NCBI GenBank assembly: GCA_034928305.1
Contig: JAYFOZ010000001.1
Location: 173,255 to 237,254 of the forward strand
DNA: 64,000 nucleotides
Direction of reading: 5' to 3'
Origin: Methanomassiliicoccaceae archaeon
GTDB taxonomy: Archaea; Thermoplasmatota; Thermoplasmata; Methanomassiliicoccales; Methanomethylophilaceae
Shown here one piece after another: positions 46,751-56,468 of this stretch. The notes under the pieces were generated by a model. It had not been told where the DNA came from, made no database searches, and was given only the letters and a program-made list of their open reading frames with translations. Position numbers and translations under genes: made by a program. The number at the start of each line of letters is the position of its first letter. The stretch's first letter is position 1.

Positions 46751-48136
46751 TTGGAAAAAACCGTGAGGATCAAGACGGTGCTGTCCGCGGCGATCATTGT
46801 ATCATGTGTAATGTTCACGGTGCTTGCCGCATCGGGCCAGACAAACGCCCAGGGGACAGATGGCCTCATCATCGATTTCGGCGGGGGTGAAACGTATTTC
46901 GGAACGATCGCCGACAGCGAGGACCCCGATGCGAAAGAATGGCTCGACGTAACTTGTACGATTTTCGGTTTCGATGCCGTGTGGGACGGCGAAGAAGTAG
47001 TCTCGATCGATTCATCGGTTTCCGGGACGGACGGCAGGACATGGGCACTTTATGTTGTGGAAAAGCCCGTATCGGACATTCAGGAAACATACTCGTGGGT
47101 GAAGACATCTACAAATCCGCAAGACGTGAAAATCAAAGATTACGCCGCGGTCGCATGGGCATACTGCTCTGAAGGAGGAAACCCCTCGAGAGCCGTAGAT
47201 GCCACGGGGAAGTGCTTCTACGGATACGGGCACCCGTCCAGAATTGTTTCGATGGCACCTTCGTGCACCGAGATGATCTGTTCGGTAGGCGGAGAGCGCA
47301 AATTGGTCGGTACCGATGAATACAGCAACTATCCAGGGTCCGTAGAATCGGCTAGGTCGTCAGGCGAAATAGCAAGCATAGGCGGATTCACGAATCCCAG
47401 CTATGAGTCTATCGTAATGACCAACCCGGACCTGGTAGTGTGCATCAATAGTCAATATTCTCATCTCAACATGGCGGAGAGGCTCCGTTCCGCCGGCATC
47501 AACGTAGTGGTGGTCGATGGAGGAGAGGACGTAAGTTCGATATTGGAAAGCATAATGATGGTCGGGACGGCCATGGGGATAAGGGAGACGGCCGACAATA
47601 CCGTTGACGGCATAGCTGCAGAGATCTTCAACATCGAGAGCATAGTCGACGGCAACTCCTCTGCGCCGAAGAACGGCATGATCGCGTTATCGACGGACAA
47701 ATCCCCGTGGACTTCAGGATCGTACACGTATGCTTCCGACATATTGAACATTATATCGGTAGGCAACAGCTTCGGCGACCTTGGTGGATGGGTGATGGTG
47801 AACTCCGAGTCGCTGGTAAAAGAGGATATTGATTTTATTGTGATAATCGCCTCCGACGGCCCCAGCACCCAGAGGGAGTACGACAAGGTTCTGGATTCAT
47901 TGGGAGACGAATGGAAACGTACAGACGCGTACAAAAACGGGAAAATATATTTCTTGACGGATTCGGCAGCCGACCTCGCATCCCGTGCCGGCCCCAGGGT
48001 CGCCCAGTTCACCGAGCTGATGGCGCGCATCATTCAGGACACGGCGTTCGATGGCGATATGCCTATGTATATCGGGGACGACTACAGGGACTATATTTCA
48101 CTGACTAAGGACCCGGTAACGGAGGGATTTGCATGA
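46751..48136 (+). CDS. BtuF/FhuD-class substrate-binding protein with an N-terminal DUF4430-like module
   Basis: RIVSMAPSCTEMICSVGGERKLVGTDEYSNYPG...NPDLVVC is the Peripla_BP_2 pattern. The N-terminal roughly 130 aa repeat the W..Y..W..AWAY module. The start may be GTG 46763. Confidence 0.75.
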   Translation: MEKTVRIKTVLSAAIIVSCVMFTVLAASGQTNAQGTDGLIIDFGGGETYFGTIADSEDPDAKEWLDVTCTIFGFDAVWDGEEVVSIDSSVSGTDGRTWALYVVEKPVSDIQETYSWVKTSTNPQDVKIKDYAAVAWAYCSEGGNPSRAVDATGKCFYGYGHPSRIVSMAPSCTEMICSVGGERKLVGTDEYSNYPGSVESARSSGEIASIGGFTNPSYESIVMTNPDLVVCINSQYSHLNMAERLRSAGINVVVVDGGEDVSSILESIMMVGTAMGIRETADNTVDGIAAEIFNIESIVDGNSSAPKNGMIALSTDKSPWTSGSYTYASDILNIISVGNSFGDLGGWVMVNSESLVKEDIDFIVIIASDGPSTQREYDKVLDSLGDEWKRTDAYKNGKIYFLTDSAADLASRAGPRVAQFTELMARIIQDTAFDGDMPMYIGDDYRDYISLTKDPVTEGFA

Positions 48137-51009
48137 GGAAGGCATTTTTGACATTGTTGGTAGTAACCTCGGCCCTTTTGGCTCCGCTATCGATGGTTTA
48201 TGCCAGCGACGAATCTTCTGCCGCCAGCGACCGATACGTACTGATCGATTTCGGTAACGGCCAAACCGAGTGGGTTGAAGCGGATGCTTCCCAGGATACG
48301 ATCTCCGGTCTACTGGGTACTGCCGTTGGCGGAATCGGCGGAACGTACGACGACGCCGGTGCCGATATTATCGTCAATGGGATATCTGCCAGGTCCTCGC
48401 CTGTTACAGTATCCTGGAGGTATTTCGTTTGGACGGATGCCGGTTGGGAGGACGGTACGGCATCTTTTGACGGTAATGCGGCATCTCCGACGACATCGGT
48501 GGCGCTGGCCTACTATCCGGGCGGAACGGCCCCTGTCGAGACGCCATCGAACAGATCATCCTGGACATGTATCAGGGGCAGTTCGGAATCCGAAGGGCAC
48601 CAGGATGCGGACCTGAGCGGAGAAAATGTCGCGGGCTGGACCCAATCGTACGGGGAAGGCAACTTTGTCAACTCGGCCGTCCTGGTCGCAGGGGACAGGG
48701 TCTTCGTGAACGCCGGCGGTACAAGCAATATGGGTACAACCTCGGGCGCTCCCCAAAAACCGACGCTTTACTGTTATGATCGGACCACGGGAGAAGAGCA
48801 GTGGAGTTATGAATACGATGTCGGAGCGGGTTACGAGACGGCCACAGGCGTCATAGTCGGCGATTTCATATATGTTCCAGCCACGAACGGACACATTTAT
48901 AAAATTCCGTTGTCGGGACCGAACGAAGGCGGTTCAAACGTTACGGTAAGCGGGGACGGGGTTTTCGGTTCCGTCAGAGACGGCACGGACTCTCCGTTGG
49001 AAGGGATCATATGGGCGACGGGGCCGGCATCAATCGTTTATTATTCCGGGGCGCTGTACTTCGGAACCGCCGCCGGATATATCTTCTGTACAGATTTGGA
49101 TCTTAATGTTTTGTGGAAGGGCACAGTCGACGGCACAGTGTACTTCAACGCGCCGACCGTACAGGACGGAAGGCTTTTCATAGGAGCACTCGACGGCTCG
49201 ATGTACGTATTCGATGCGTTCAGCGGCGATGCGATATGTAACGAGTCGGTATACAGCGTTGAGGCATATGGGAAGATGTGCGGCTTCGTATCGAACATCC
49301 TGCAGGTCGAAGACCGTCTGATCTTCTCATTCAACGACGGCAAGGGCATGAATGCCACAAGCGGAGGTTATGCAGTCTACAAGTTCGACGGCACAAGCCT
49401 CAGCAAAATAAGTAAAGTAACAGAGCTGGGTCTTTCGTCTTCATACATGATCAAGTCCGACAGCTCGTTCAGCGGAGCATATTCATTCACCTCCGACGGC
49501 CTGGTCAAAATATATCTGGACGGAAGCTACGAGCTCATAAATGGCAATATCCGCAATGTACGTGCGCCCGGAATCCTCGTCAACGATGAATACATCGTCG
49601 CATCGGAATACGACAGAAAAGGGCACATGTACATAATAGGTACCGACGGCAGCCTTCTGGGACAATACGAGCAGCCGGAATCGGTGGCCGAATATGTCAT
49701 GTCTCCGCCGGTGATAGTAGATAACTGGATATACTCCGGAACCGACGGTGGAGTCTATTCTTTCTCCGGAGGGTTCCTGCCGATACCCTCGGCCGTCCAA
49801 CAGGAGAAAAACATTATCCTATGGGCCGTCTCTGTGCTGGTAGCAATACTTGCAGCCTTCCTGGCATATTGCGTGTATGTCCGAAAGAAGTTGGACGTTC
49901 CGCCGATCCCGTACATCAGGGGAAAGATATCCGAGAAGCTCGGAAGCAATTCCGAGAGCAGATCAAAGATCAAACGCAACAAGAAACGGCTGTTCTGGGT
50001 TCTGGTTCTGGGTACGGTGGCGTCCGCGGTTATGTTCCTGCTATGCCTGGCATTCGGCCCCTCCGGAAATTACTCTATGTCCGAAACGTTCAGCCTTCTC
50101 GGATCTGCGATATCGAAGGGCGGGCACGGCCTGACGGGCGACGAGACGATAATATTCGATTCAAGGCTCCCGAGGGCGCTGGCTGCATTTGCGGTGGGGA
50201 TCGGGCTCTCGATGGCCGGTGCGGTGTACCAGGCCATAATAAGGAATCCCCTGGTGGACCCATATATTATGGGAGTTTCCGCCGGCGCCGGAACGTTTGC
50301 AGTTGCAACGATTTCTGCAGGTTTCACATTCTTCGGAGTCTTCAGCACTGTTACATATTCACTGCCTTTGATGGCGATGGCAGGAGGCCTCATAGCTTTC
50401 GGAGCAACGATGATCATAGCGGAGAAGGCCGGCGGTTCGTCCACCAATTACGTTCTGGCAGGAGTTATAGTGGGCCTCGGGTTCGGTGCGGTGCAGACCT
50501 TATTGCTCTACAGCGCCGGAGATAAGATACACAGTGCCATGACGTGGCTTTTCGGAAGTTTCACAAGCATAGACTGGGGCAACATATGGCTGGTGCTCAT
50601 TCCCGCCATTCTGCTTGCTCTCGTACCGCTCATATGGGCCAAGGAGTTCAATCTCGTTCTGCTCGGCGAGGACCAGGCCCAAGAGATGGGTCTGGACGTA
50701 AGGAAGTTCAACAGGGCGATGCTCATACTGGCGTCCGTCCTGACGGCCGTGTGCGTAGCTTTCGTGGGCACCATAGGGTTCGTGGGACTTGTAGTCCCCC
50801 ATCTTTGCCGTATGATCCTGGGCGGGGACCACAGACTGGTGATGCCGTCCTCGATAGTGCTCGGCGGTTTGCTCATGATGGCTGCCGATTTCGTGGCCAA
50901 GATGCTTATCGCCCCCATCGAGCTTCCGGTCGGTGCGATAACAACCATCATCGGAGCGCCGGTTTTCGTCTATCTCATAATGAAGAAAGGGAGGATGTAC
51001 GGTGACTGA
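48133..51009 (+). CDS. tri-modular fusion: DUF4430-like module + PQQ-like beta-propeller repeats + FecCD/BtuC permease
   Basis: ATGA overlap start. Propeller motifs LYCYDRTTGEEQWSY, GHIYKI, GYIFCTDLDLNVLWKG, GSMYVFDAFSGDAI. TM at about 49811. C-terminal roughly 340 aa (from about 49984) has RALAAFAVGIGLSMAGAVYQ and NPLVDPYIMGVSAGA. Confidence 0.75.
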   Translation: MRKAFLTLLVVTSALLAPLSMVYASDESSAASDRYVLIDFGNGQTEWVEADASQDTISGLLGTAVGGIGGTYDDAGADIIVNGISARSSPVTVSWRYFVWTDAGWEDGTASFDGNAASPTTSVALAYYPGGTAPVETPSNRSSWTCIRGSSESEGHQDADLSGENVAGWTQSYGEGNFVNSAVLVAGDRVFVNAGGTSNMGTTSGAPQKPTLYCYDRTTGEEQWSYEYDVGAGYETATGVIVGDFIYVPATNGHIYKIPLSGPNEGGSNVTVSGDGVFGSVRDGTDSPLEGIIWATGPASIVYYSGALYFGTAAGYIFCTDLDLNVLWKGTVDGTVYFNAPTVQDGRLFIGALDGSMYVFDAFSGDAICNESVYSVEAYGKMCGFVSNILQVEDRLIFSFNDGKGMNATSGGYAVYKFDGTSLSKISKVTELGLSSSYMIKSDSSFSGAYSFTSDGLVKIYLDGSYELINGNIRNVRAPGILVNDEYIVASEYDRKGHMYIIGTDGSLLGQYEQPESVAEYVMSPPVIVDNWIYSGTDGGVYSFSGGFLPIPSAVQQEKNIILWAVSVLVAILAAFLAYCVYVRKKLDVPPIPYIRGKISEKLGSNSESRSKIKRNKKRLFWVLVLGTVASAVMFLLCLAFGPSGNYSMSETFSLLGSAISKGGHGLTGDETIIFDSRLPRALAAFAVGIGLSMAGAVYQAIIRNPLVDPYIMGVSAGAGTFAVATISAGFTFFGVFSTVTYSLPLMAMAGGLIAFGATMIIAEKAGGSSTNYVLAGVIVGLGFGAVQTLLLYSAGDKIHSAMTWLFGSFTSIDWGNIWLVLIPAILLALVPLIWAKEFNLVLLGEDQAQEMGLDVRKFNRAMLILASVLTAVCVAFVGTIGFVGLVVPHLCRMILGGDHRLVMPSSIVLGGLLMMAADFVAKMLIAPIELPVGAITTIIGAPVFVYLIMKKGRMYGD

Positions 51010-51817
51010 AGGCACGCCGCTTCTTGAGCTGAGGAAGCTCAACAAATATTACAATAACGGGTTCCACGCCGTGAAAGACGTGTCCTTCAGCATAGACTCG
51101 GGCAAGCTTGTCGGTCTGATAGGGCCGAACGGGTGCGGTAAATCCACCATGATGAAGTGCATCAACAAGCTCCACAATATTTCGTCCGGGGACATACTTA
51201 TAGATGGCGAATCGGTCAGGAAGAAGACCCCTGCGGAACTGGCCAGGAGCGTGGCGAACGTTCCGGCGCAGCTTAGGAACAACTTTGGCCTTACGGTGTA
51301 CGAAACCGTGATGATGGGGCGCTACCCATTCCTGAAGAACATATGGTGGGAGACCGAGAAGGACGAGTCTTTCGTGATGGAGACCATGGAGAAGTTCGGC
51401 GTGAAGGGCCTTCAGGACAATCAGCTGAACACGCTTTCCAGCGGCGAAATGCAGAGGGTGCTGATAGCCAAGGCGTACGTGCAGGAACCGAAGCTCATGC
51501 TCGTGGACGAGCCGACATCACACCTGGATATGAAATATAAGCTGGAGGTGATGGAATATCTTAACGCCATGGTGCGGAAAGACATGTCCATATTGGTGGC
51601 AGAGCATGACATTTCGCTCATGGCGAGGTACTGCGACCTTTGCATCATAATGAAGCAGGGAAGCATAGTCGAAATCGGCCGCCCGAAAGAGATCATAACG
51701 TCAGAGCTGATCGAAGACGTGTACGGCGTTTCAGCATCGGTGGGATTCGACAAGGACGGCGAGCTGTTCGTACTGCCTAAGAGATACAGGGCAGAATCCG
51801 AGCACGGGCGCATCTGA
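51002..51817 (+). CDS. ABC importer ATPase (BtuD/FepC-like)
   Basis: GPNGCGKST, LSSGEMQRVLIAKAY, MLVDEPTSHLD, AEHDI. GTG start overlaps the permease stop. Confidence 0.9.
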   Translation: MTEGTPLLELRKLNKYYNNGFHAVKDVSFSIDSGKLVGLIGPNGCGKSTMMKCINKLHNISSGDILIDGESVRKKTPAELARSVANVPAQLRNNFGLTVYETVMMGRYPFLKNIWWETEKDESFVMETMEKFGVKGLQDNQLNTLSSGEMQRVLIAKAYVQEPKLMLVDEPTSHLDMKYKLEVMEYLNAMVRKDMSILVAEHDISLMARYCDLCIIMKQGSIVEIGRPKEIITSELIEDVYGVSASVGFDKDGELFVLPKRYRAESEHGRI

Positions 51818-51842
51818 AATCAGACAAACGTGCCGACCGAAC

Positions 51843-52778
51843 TCAGGGAATCATTTCCTTCTGTTTTTCCTTCTTTCCGGACATTATCGATGCAACTATC
51901 GTTACTGCCAGGACCGAAATGATGATGGACAGGGATTGGACTATGTCGAACTCGTAATATTCGGCAATCAGCATCTTTAATCCTACGAATATCAGGATTA
52001 TCCCGAGGCCGTACTTCAGGTATTTCAGGTGGGTGAGCGAACCTCTGATCGCGAAGTATAGGGACCTCAGTCCCAGGACCGCGAATATATTGGACGAGTA
52101 GACTACGAACTTGTTGGTCGTTATTCCTAGGATCGCAGGTATCGAGTCGAGGGCAAACACAATGTCGGTGAATTCTATTACGATTATGCACAGCAGCAAA
52201 GGGGTGATCATCCTGACGCCGTCCCTGTGCGTGAAGAATTTGTTTCCGTCAAGCTCCGGCGAGACGTTCATATGTTTGGACAGGAGGGTCGCGATCTTAT
52301 TGCTAGACCCAGAGCCCTCTTTGCTCAACATGGTCTTTATGGCCGCGTATATCAGGAAGAACCCGAAGATATACATCACGAAGTGGAATCTCAGCAGGAG
52401 CTCGGATCCGGCGAATATGAACAACAGGCGGAACAATATCGCGCCGATTACCCCGTAGAAGAGGGCTTTGTGCTGATAGTCGTCCGGTATCGCAAACATT
52501 GCGAATATCAGTATGAACACGAACATGTTGTCTACGCTCAGCGCCTCTTCGATGACGTATCCTGCGTAGAATTCCATGCCCACCGTGGCGCCGCGCGTCA
52601 TCCATATGTATATGCCGAAGATCATCGCGATGGCTATCCATCCAGCTGTCTGCAGCAGGGCTGATTTTGTGGTAATGTGTTTAGAACCGCGGTTGATGAC
52701 AAATATATCCAAGGCTAGAAGTACGATGAGTATGAGGAAAAGACCTGCCCACTCAATCGGTTCGGCATCCGCGATCAT
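51843..52778 (-). CDS. TerC-family integral membrane protein
   Basis: 311 aa, ALSVDNMFVF motif and its second-half duplicate FALDSIPAI. Confidence 0.8.
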   Translation of the reverse strand: MIADAEPIEWAGLFLILIVLLALDIFVINRGSKHITTKSALLQTAGWIAIAMIFGIYIWMTRGATVGMEFYAGYVIEEALSVDNMFVFILIFAMFAIPDDYQHKALFYGVIGAILFRLLFIFAGSELLLRFHFVMYIFGFFLIYAAIKTMLSKEGSGSSNKIATLLSKHMNVSPELDGNKFFTHRDGVRMITPLLLCIIVIEFTDIVFALDSIPAILGITTNKFVVYSSNIFAVLGLRSLYFAIRGSLTHLKYLKYGLGIILIFVGLKMLIAEYYEFDIVQSLSIIISVLAVTIVASIMSGKKEKQKEMIP

Positions 52779-52897
52779 AGAGTATTGTGAGTATCAAGCA
52801 TTATAAAAAGCTGACTTACATTCCACGGAAAATATGATTTTATGAATTGTTATATTTTTTGAATAAAGTTAATAACATGGGGCACTGTCCTCCTTCC

Positions 52898-53281
52898 ATG
52901 GCAATAATAAGCGTTTCGCTGGACGGCGAAAGCATGGCGACGCTCGAGGCGATACAGGAGGCCTATTCCCTCGCGGGGCGCAGCGAGGCCGTCCGCCTGT
53001 CGATAAAGGCGGCAGGGTCCAAGGTGAAGGAGATCGAGGAGCTCAGCGGGTTCATCGAAGGCGTATTGATCATCGTGAGACGGGACCATGTCGATCCGTG
53101 GATGAGCCTTATACAGGCCAAGCACGAGGAGTCCATAAAAACACAGATGCATTCGCATCTCCTCAATCATAAGTGCCTCGAAGTAATGGTCATATCCGCA
53201 GAAGCAGACAAGATAAAATCGATGTTGAGGGAGATCCAATCCGTTGCAAAAGCGGACTATGTAAAATTCGTAAAAAGCTGA
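52898..53281 (+). CDS. nikR: NikR-type nickel-responsive regulator (RHH + ACT-like metal-binding domain)
   Basis: RHH N-terminus MAIISVSLDGESMATLEAI. The C-domain H-x-H-x5-C-LE motif (MHSHLLNHKCLEV) matches the E. coli NikR high-affinity Ni site pattern HVHINHDDCLEI. The start could be 52877. Confidence 0.8.
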   Translation: MAIISVSLDGESMATLEAIQEAYSLAGRSEAVRLSIKAAGSKVKEIEELSGFIEGVLIIVRRDHVDPWMSLIQAKHEESIKTQMHSHLLNHKCLEVMVISAEADKIKSMLREIQSVAKADYVKFVKS

Positions 53282-53347
53282 TGAATTTAGCATCATCTAT
53301 ATCATTTTATATTGCGTAAAGCATATTGAAAAACGGATGGGATAGGC

Positions 53348-55096
53348 ATGGGTATAAACTCAGGCAGAAACAGCGGTAGCACTCTAAAGGTATCCTTTAA
53401 GCGGCGCCTCTTTGGAAAAAACACAGAGGGGGTTGAGGATGAAAACGAAGGGTCGGGCAACGGACGCGACTACAAGAGGCCCTCTTCCGATCAGTCGGTA
53501 AGGAGCTTCGAAGGTAACGGGTACGTGAAATACAGTCTCGGCGCAGGCACGGACGTCTATATTTCGGCGTCGAGCGAGGATCCGTTCATCGATTTCGACG
53601 AGCCGAAGGGAGAAAAGACAGGAGGGAGGTTCCTCAGCGGACTGCTCTCCGTTCCAGCGGCCACTGCGAGGCAGTCATATAAGCCCGCATCCGGTAAGAT
53701 CAACGAGCCGAGCATGGTGTTCAATAACGCCCTGCCGGAGATTAAATTCAGCAAATCCGATTTCGAGGAGAAGGTCATCGTCAAAGAGGAGTCCGACATG
53801 ATGTCATTCTCTATGCCTTTTGCGCAGACGGCCATGACGTCGTCCTCCGTATCGGCGCCCGACACCAATTCTTCGAACATAATCGGGTTCGAGTCGGAAT
53901 ACAGCGTTGAGGTCGAGCACATCGGAGCCCCCAGATCCGACGATAACAATATCATGGGGACAGAAGTCGAACGCCTTCCGCCGGCGCCCGTCCATGCGGA
54001 ACGCCTCCCGGCAGCACGCCATGTGCCCAAAGAGGAAAAGTCAATAGCTCCGGAGATGCCCGAAGAAGTAGTGGCGACGGCCGTCGAAGTTCCGGAGGTC
54101 CCAGAGATCCCGGTCGCGCTCGCACAGCCCATCGCAATCATGGCGCTCCCGGCATCATCCAGTTTGCTGGCCGTTGCTCCGCCCGCAGCCATGCTGATGC
54201 TCTCCGAGGCTGTGCAGGCATCCGAGGAGGAAGTCAAGGCCGCTCTCGAGGGGACAGAGGAGTCGGCCCTCGCGGCCATGGCGCATCTCCCGTCGGGACT
54301 TTACGCTGAAGGCGTCGAACCCATCGCCGATGCCGTCGCCGCCGAGGAAGAAGTGATATCGTCCAGCGCAGGATGCACATGCCAGTTGGCAGAAACTTCG
54401 TCCGCCGCCGCGATCAGAACCACGCCGATCGTGGAATATTCGGATTACGCAGGATATGACTTCCTGCCGCCTGTAACGGAGCCAGTAAGGCGCAAGCCCA
54501 GGGAGATCGTCCCGGAAGCCCGTACGATCTCGCAGATGCCCGAGTACGTCGAGATCGAAGACGAGGTCAGCGGTATGATGAAGCTTACCGTCGCTGGCAT
54601 GTCCAGCGACGAGATGGAGTACTCCGACGCGGCATCGATACAGGAATCGGACATTCCCGAGGACGGGATGGAGGAACTATGCCTGATCGTCGACCGGGAG
54701 AGAGAGTACCTGTCAAATTTGATCGAGCTCGCGGATGCAACCGAAACGTCCGTGGCGCAGGAGCCTGAAACGGTATCCGTTGCAGATATCCAGGCGATCG
54801 AAGTCGAGCCGATGATCGAAGAGGCGGTAAGGGCGGTCAACGCAGTGTCCGGAGCTATTTGCGAAAAAGAAGCATCGGAAGCGGCGGGACCGAATACGCT
54901 TTACACGCTGACGCCCGAGGACGAGACAGAGATCAACGAAATGGTCAGAACGCTGATCGAGATGATATCTGCGCCCGAAGCGGAAGAAGTGAAGGCCGTC
55001 GATACAGAAGAGATTCCGGAGCCCGAGGCTCCCAGGCCGCTGATTTCGTTCGTTTTCGGCAGTGGCGGTTCCGAGTCAATACACAGCTTCTATTGA
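53348..55096 (+). CDS. hypothetical highly acidic, low-complexity protein
   Basis: 582-aa ORF rich in E/A/S/P/V, with a basic N-terminal roughly 25 aa. No recognisable domain. Confidence 0.5.
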   Translation: MGINSGRNSGSTLKVSFKRRLFGKNTEGVEDENEGSGNGRDYKRPSSDQSVRSFEGNGYVKYSLGAGTDVYISASSEDPFIDFDEPKGEKTGGRFLSGLLSVPAATARQSYKPASGKINEPSMVFNNALPEIKFSKSDFEEKVIVKEESDMMSFSMPFAQTAMTSSSVSAPDTNSSNIIGFESEYSVEVEHIGAPRSDDNNIMGTEVERLPPAPVHAERLPAARHVPKEEKSIAPEMPEEVVATAVEVPEVPEIPVALAQPIAIMALPASSSLLAVAPPAAMLMLSEAVQASEEEVKAALEGTEESALAAMAHLPSGLYAEGVEPIADAVAAEEEVISSSAGCTCQLAETSSAAAIRTTPIVEYSDYAGYDFLPPVTEPVRRKPREIVPEARTISQMPEYVEIEDEVSGMMKLTVAGMSSDEMEYSDAASIQESDIPEDGMEELCLIVDREREYLSNLIELADATETSVAQEPETVSVADIQAIEVEPMIEEAVRAVNAVSGAICEKEASEAAGPNTLYTLTPEDETEINEMVRTLIEMISAPEAEEVKAVDTEEIPEPEAPRPLISFVFGSGGSESIHSFY

Positions 55097-55148
55097 GGCT
55101 CCATCAAACCTCTTAAACTTATTATATTAGTTTTTCTTTGGTTCGACC

Positions 55149-56468
55149 ATGGATCTGTTCTCCATCCTCGCGATGTTGGTCGTATTGTATGTTCTGGCTG
55201 TCATCGGTTCAGAGGTCTTTGAGCGTTTCGGTGTTCCCGGCCTCATCGGAGAGATATTCGTCGGAATAATACTGGTAAATCTGATATGGGACGGTTCCGC
55301 ATTCTCGGGCATTCTTAGCAGCGGCAGTTTCCTCGGAATGCTGGACGTCGAAGTGGCATTCAACGGCTTCGACGGTTCGTTCAACTATCAGTTCCTATTC
55401 CTGGTGGCCGAGATAGGGGCGATGTTTCTACTTTTTTCGGTGGGACTCGAGACCCGCGTATGCGAGCTGATGTCAGTAGGTAAGGCAGCATTGACCGTGG
55501 CTATACTGGGTGTCGTATTCCCGTTCGCCGCAGGTATGACGGTTTACTTTTACGATTACAATATGACCCATGCGATGTACATGGCGGCAGCCATGGTCGC
55601 GACGAGCGTGGGCGTGACTGCCAAAGTAATAATGGACATGCGCGCCTCGGACACGAAGGAAGCACGCATAATAGTCGGTGCCGCCGTAATAGACGACGTT
55701 CTGGGAATGATAGTCCTGGCAATAGTGGCAGGAATGGCTTCCGCGGACGGCACGAGCATACTTGGGATCGCAAGGATAATATTCATCTCGGTCTCGTTCG
55801 TACTCGCGGTGTTCTTCTTCTGCAACTCGTGCACCCCACGCATCGCCTCATGGTACGGCAAGAAGAAGGAATGCAAGCCTCCAACCGAGAAAGAGGCCCG
55901 CAAGCTGGACAAGATGATGATCGCCATCGCCGTGTGCCTCTTCATGGCAGCGGCATCCGAGGCACTCGGGCTGGCCGCGATAATCGGTGCGTTCCTTGCG
56001 GGAATGATACTTGCAGATTACGCCAAGAAATGGAACCTCAAGCCAAAGGTGGAAGCCATAACCACGTTCTTCCTTCCTTTGTTTTTCCTCAACGTCGGAC
56101 TGCAGGTCAAACTGTCATCGCTCACCAATGCCAACGTACTGATGCTGGCAGCGTATATCATAGTCCTTGCGGTAGTCACAAAGTACCTGGGATCTTACTT
56201 GGGAGCAAGGCTCGCGGACAAGAAGATAGATAAAAGCTCTGCAAAAATCATAGGAATAGGTATGATTCCGAGGGCGGAGGTCGGAATAATAATAGCATCG
56301 ATCGGTCTTGTATCGGGACACCTTACTCCTGACATGAATGCAACTATAGTCTTGATGTCGGTGATAACAACTGTCATAGCGCCCCCGTTGCTTTCGCGCG
56401 CCTATAAGAAAAAGTACCCTGACGGAATACCCGAAAACCCCGCAATCTCATGCTGGGAAGAGCCCTGA
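55149..56468 (+). CDS. monovalent cation:proton antiporter (CPA2 / Kef-NapA type)
   Basis: 439 aa, about 12 TM segments, N-terminus VFERFGVPGLIGEIFVGIIL typical of Na_H_Exchanger. Confidence 0.8.
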   Translation: MDLFSILAMLVVLYVLAVIGSEVFERFGVPGLIGEIFVGIILVNLIWDGSAFSGILSSGSFLGMLDVEVAFNGFDGSFNYQFLFLVAEIGAMFLLFSVGLETRVCELMSVGKAALTVAILGVVFPFAAGMTVYFYDYNMTHAMYMAAAMVATSVGVTAKVIMDMRASDTKEARIIVGAAVIDDVLGMIVLAIVAGMASADGTSILGIARIIFISVSFVLAVFFFCNSCTPRIASWYGKKKECKPPTEKEARKLDKMMIAIAVCLFMAAASEALGLAAIIGAFLAGMILADYAKKWNLKPKVEAITTFFLPLFFLNVGLQVKLSSLTNANVLMLAAYIIVLAVVTKYLGSYLGARLADKKIDKSSAKIIGIGMIPRAEVGIIIASIGLVSGHLTPDMNATIVLMSVITTVIAPPLLSRAYKKKYPDGIPENPAISCWEEP

